Below, piece after piece: positions 56,625 to 59,779 of a stretch of DNA of 59,779 nucleotides. This DNA comes from Patescibacteria group bacterium (GTDB lineage: Bacteria > Patescibacteriota > Patescibacteriia > Magasanikbacterales > GWA2-37-8). Position numbers and translations under genes: made by a program. The notes beneath the pieces were generated by a model that worked only from the letters and a program-made list of their open reading frames with translations, had not been told where the DNA came from and did no database searches. Positions within the stretch are counted from its first letter, which is position 1, and every line of letters begins with the position of its first letter. The stretch covers positions 1-59,779 of the forward strand of contig JAQWDH010000006.1 in assembly GCA_028705565.1 (NCBI GenBank), read 5' to 3'.

Positions 56625-57380
56625 ATGTTTAAGAAAAATATGACTAAGAACGCTATAATTACAGGAGGGAGCAGGGGCATAGGAAAAGCGATTGCTTTAG
56701 CCATGGCTAAAGCTGGCGTGAATGTAGTTTTGACATATCAAAAAAATAAATCAAAAGCTCTTGCTGTAGTAAAAGAAATAGAAAAAAGCGGGCACAAAGC
56801 AATGTGTGTAAAATTAAATCAAAAAAACAGAGAGGATATCCGCAGAGTTATCAGGGACGCTCGTAAAAGATTTGGCGAGATTAATATCTTGGTAAATAAT
56901 GCCGCTGTTGCTCAAAAAAAACCATTGGAAATGATAAACGATAAAGATTGGGACAATGTGTTGGCGATTAATTTGCGAGGGCCGTTTATTTTTTGTCAGG
57001 AGATATTGCCTTATATGAAAAAACAAGGTTGGGGTAGAATTGTAAACATAAGTTCAATTGGCGGACAGTGGGGAGGTATGAATCAAATTCATTATGCCGC
57101 GGCAAAAGCAGGTTTAATCAATTTAACCAAGTCCGTGGCAAAACTTTATTCAAAATATGGCATTACAAGTAACGCCGTTGCCCCCGGTTTGGTAGCAACA
57201 GACATGACAACGCGCGCATTAAAAATAGATATTAAAAAAATAAAATTTGAACATATACCAATAGGTCGAATTGCGATTCCTGAAGAGATAGCAGGCGTTG
57301 TCGCTTTTTTGTGTTCAGAAGAAGCGTCTTATATAACTGGGCAAACTATAAACATAAATGGCGGCATGCTATTTAATTAA
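56625..57380 (+). CDS. Short-chain dehydrogenase/reductase, FabG-like
   Basis: AIITGGSRGIGKAIA, NNAAV, YAAAKAG (YxxxK), NAVAPGLVATDM, ITGQTININGG. Confidence 0.85.
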   Translation: MFKKNMTKNAIITGGSRGIGKAIALAMAKAGVNVVLTYQKNKSKALAVVKEIEKSGHKAMCVKLNQKNREDIRRVIRDARKRFGEINILVNNAAVAQKKPLEMINDKDWDNVLAINLRGPFIFCQEILPYMKKQGWGRIVNISSIGGQWGGMNQIHYAAAKAGLINLTKSVAKLYSKYGITSNAVAPGLVATDMTTRALKIDIKKIKFEHIPIGRIAIPEEIAGVVAFLCSEEASYITGQTININGGMLFN

Positions 57381-57388
57381 AAAACAAT

Positions 57389-58600
57389 ATGCGTGAAAAT
57401 ATTTTAGAACGTGATTCCTACTTAATCGTGCTTGGAGCGGGGTCTCAACAAGTTTCTGCTTATAAAACAGCGTCTCGACTAGGTTTGAAAACTTTAGCCA
57501 TTGATTATAATCCAAAGGCCAAAGCAAGAGATTTGGCTGATAAATTTTTATTAGCAAGCATAAAAGATAAAGTAGAATGTATATCTAAACTTAAAAAATT
57601 AAATCTTCATTATTCAGGAGTTACTACCATTGGCGTTGAGGTTTCTCCTGTAGTAAGCGCCATTGCTAAAGAATTTAATTTATCAAGCGTTTCTGAAACA
57701 GTCGCCTTTAATACGACCAATAAATGCGCTCGAGCAACGGTGCTGCAAAAAGCAGGAATACCGGCGCCAAAGTTTGAAATTATCAATGAGCGTTCTTTGC
57801 CAAAAATTATTAATTATCCGCTTATCATAAAACCGTCAGACAATTCCGGCTCTAGGGGTGTTAGGATTGTAGAATCTGAAAAGGAATGGTTTGAAGCATA
57901 CGACGATGCCAAATCTATTTCCGGTGATGGCAAAGTCATTGTAGAGGAGTTGCTACAAGGTGATGAAATATCAATTGAAGGGTTTGTTCTTGACGGAAAA
58001 ATGATTATTGTCGGTTTTTCTGATAGAAATTATATTTCTAGTTATCATCCATATTTTATGGAAGATGGCAGCAGCAGTCCAACCAACCTGCCGCATTCTG
58101 TAATAGTTGAAGCAGAAAAAGTTTTTGCGAAAGCGGCTTATTCCTTAGGTGTTACGGAAGGTCCTTCAAAGGGAGATCTTATTGTTACCAAGGAAGGAGT
58201 TAAAGTATTGGAAATTACATCTCGTCTTAGCCCGGGATTTTCTTTGTTACTTCCGCACACAGAAGGCACGGATCCGCTTGAAGCGACAATACGTTGGGCC
58301 GTTAACATGCATATTCCACAATCTTTGCTTCAGCCCAAATTTCACAAAGCCATGGCGCATCGTTTCTTTTTTCATCAGCCCGGTAAAGTTACAAAAATAA
58401 CAGGACTTGAAAATTTAAAAAAACAACCAGGAGTTATAGAGGTTATTTTTTTACGAGATTTTACAATCGGCGACATATTAGAACCACCCAATAACATTAA
58501 TCGTCTTTTCTATATTTATACAGTGGCCGATAATCGTGATACGGCTATCAGATTGGCCGAGGAAGCATTAAGTACGGTGAACATACAAGTTGATAAATAA
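57389..58600 (+). CDS. ATP-grasp domain protein (carboxylate-amine ligase type)
   Basis: YLIVLGAGSQQVSAYKTASRLGLKTLAIDYNP, YPLIIKPSDNSGSRGVRIV, VIVEELLQGDEISIEGFVLDGKM, GPSKGDLIVTKEGVKVLEITSRLS. Confidence 0.75.
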   Translation: MRENILERDSYLIVLGAGSQQVSAYKTASRLGLKTLAIDYNPKAKARDLADKFLLASIKDKVECISKLKKLNLHYSGVTTIGVEVSPVVSAIAKEFNLSSVSETVAFNTTNKCARATVLQKAGIPAPKFEIINERSLPKIINYPLIIKPSDNSGSRGVRIVESEKEWFEAYDDAKSISGDGKVIVEELLQGDEISIEGFVLDGKMIIVGFSDRNYISSYHPYFMEDGSSSPTNLPHSVIVEAEKVFAKAAYSLGVTEGPSKGDLIVTKEGVKVLEITSRLSPGFSLLLPHTEGTDPLEATIRWAVNMHIPQSLLQPKFHKAMAHRFFFHQPGKVTKITGLENLKKQPGVIEVIFLRDFTIGDILEPPNNINRLFYIYTVADNRDTAIRLAEEALSTVNIQVDK

Positions 58601-58601
58601 T

Positions 58602-59660
58602 ATGAGGTTTCTTTTTATTTATCCTAATTCCTGTAAATTCGGGACATTCCATATAGGAATTGGTATCCTCTCTTCCATTTTAAAAAAATATGGGCATGTA
58701 GTGGATCTATTTGACACTACTTTTATACCCGAGGGTTGCGAAGAATATGAATTTGAAAAAAAAGTAATTGAATTCAAACCCGACATGTTGGGTTTTTCTG
58801 TCAAGACTGTTGATTGTCTTTTAGCAGAAAAACTTTACGATAGAGTGGCTAAAATGAATATTCCTGCCGTGGTTGGTGGACATCACGCCACGTTAGAGCC
58901 AGAGAGTACGGCTAAAAAATTTGGGATGGTCCTTCGGGGTGAGTGTGAAATTGCCTTGCCTTTGCTCTTGGATAAATTTAGTAAAGGAGAATCAGTTTTG
59001 GATACACCTAATTTGTATTTGAAGAAAGGGGACATATTTATTAAAAATGATTTAGCGCCTCTTTTTGAGAATCTTGATGAATTGCCGTTTCCCGATTGGA
59101 AATTATTTGATAAAAGAAATTATTTTGAAAGCCCTTACTTAGATAGCGCCTTAGAGGGTTCAAAATGTCTTGGTGTTTTTGAAAAATCTCGTGGGTGTTT
59201 CTTCAGCTGTTCTTTTTGTTCTATACCAAAAGAAAGAGAAATATATGAAGGCAAGGGCGAGTGGCATCGTGAAAAGAGCGCTAACCGCCTCGCCGATGAG
59301 ATACTGGCCTTTAAAGAATTATACCCGCTTGATGCTATCCATTTTATTGATGACATTTTTTTGTCACCTGATAAAAATAAAATGGCGGAATTTCGGGATG
59401 TTTTCAAGACAAGAGTTAAAATCCATTTTACTTCAAGCGAGAGAGCCGAAAGAATTGACCCGGATTTGATGCAAATGTTTAAGGACGCCGGCGGGTATCA
59501 GTTGTGGATTGGGATTGAATCCGGCGACGAGGAATTAAGAATTAAAATGTTAAACCGCAGAATGTCCGATGAAACCCTAATTAAAGCATTCCAGATTGCC
59601 AAAGAATGCGGAGTTAAAACCCGGGCCACCTCTATGCTGGGGTTGCCTAACCAGAGTTAA
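58602..59660 (+). CDS. B12-binding-domain radical SAM protein (paralog G), apparently C-terminally truncated
   Basis: VVGGHHATLEPE and SRGCFFSCSFCSI (CX3CX2C). The ORF stops at ...SMLGLPNQS*, where the paralogs read GxPGE(T/N) and continue for a further ~110-140 aa. It is 352 aa against 450-489 aa for the others. The ATG at 58602 is used; the track start is a TTG. Confidence 0.6.
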   Translation: MRFLFIYPNSCKFGTFHIGIGILSSILKKYGHVVDLFDTTFIPEGCEEYEFEKKVIEFKPDMLGFSVKTVDCLLAEKLYDRVAKMNIPAVVGGHHATLEPESTAKKFGMVLRGECEIALPLLLDKFSKGESVLDTPNLYLKKGDIFIKNDLAPLFENLDELPFPDWKLFDKRNYFESPYLDSALEGSKCLGVFEKSRGCFFSCSFCSIPKEREIYEGKGEWHREKSANRLADEILAFKELYPLDAIHFIDDIFLSPDKNKMAEFRDVFKTRVKIHFTSSERAERIDPDLMQMFKDAGGYQLWIGIESGDEELRIKMLNRRMSDETLIKAFQIAKECGVKTRATSMLGLPNQS

Positions 59661-59779
59661 TAGAACTTTTGGTGGGGCTGAAAAGTGCGTTTTGTGGCAT
59701 ACTACAGCTAAAAAACTAACTAATTATTCATATGACCTGTAAAAAAGTGCCCAGAATGTTTAAAACATGCCATTAAAAA

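Noticed and set aside
59661-59779. A possible tRNA, small gene or zinc-ribbon ORF (the ...KCPECLKHAIK reading frame) in the terminal non-coding tail.
   Set aside because: No cloverleaf-compatible pairing is evident. The CPEC frame has an in-frame TGA immediately upstream and no start codon, and the ATG-initiated frame encodes only 14 aa.
1-59779. Alternative genetic code (UGA recoded, as in some candidate phyla).
   Set aside because: TGA clearly functions as a stop. Examples are the ATGA overlaps at 10769-10772, 14315-14318, 25681-25684, 28782-28785, 35461-35464 and 45808-45811, and the TGA stops at 9770-9772 and 43478-43480. The encoded proteins have full family-typical lengths under the standard code.

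Overview
This is a 59.8-kb low-GC window. Every credible gene is on the + strand. I found no rRNA, tRNA, CRISPR array, transposase or integrase. After the 3' end of an ABC-2 transporter pair (1-1036), an intrinsic terminator (about 1066-1095) and a consensus sigma70-type promoter (TTGACT-17-TATAAT, 1143-1171) open one very tightly packed run of 48 co-directional genes (1199-59660), many with ATGA-type start/stop overlaps. The whole run looks like a surface-glycan assembly and tailoring mega-locus. It holds seven GT4 glycosyltransferases, four GT2-type enzymes, two GT-C (GT39/83-like) membrane transferases, an O-antigen-ligase-like/TPR protein, an MsbA/PglK-type ABC exporter, a KdsB-like cytidylyltransferase block, and a pseudaminic-acid-like nonulosonic acid block (PseB, PseC, NeuB-family synthase, SpsF-like cytidylyltransferase, PseA/WbpG-like amidotransferase). 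A tailoring block follows with three ATP-grasp ligases, methyltransferases and a ThDP-enzyme/SDR pair. The most unusual feature is seven paralogous B12-binding-domain radical SAM genes plus one SPASM/twitch-like radical SAM gene interleaved with the transferases. Three of the seven sit directly behind a class I SAM methyltransferase, two carry non-canonical cluster-cysteine spacing, and one is C-terminally truncated at the locus edge. There are also several uncommon fusions: UDP-glucuronate decarboxylase + GT4 N-half, GT2 + Zn-alcohol dehydrogenase, and cytidylyltransferase + DUF218. The compact gene style, mostly Shine-Dalgarno-less starts, standard use of TGA as a stop and the protein families fit an uncultivated low-GC bacterium (CPR/Patescibacteria-like), but that taxonomic guess is inference only. 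All functional calls come from motif recognition in the supplied translations; no database search was run.
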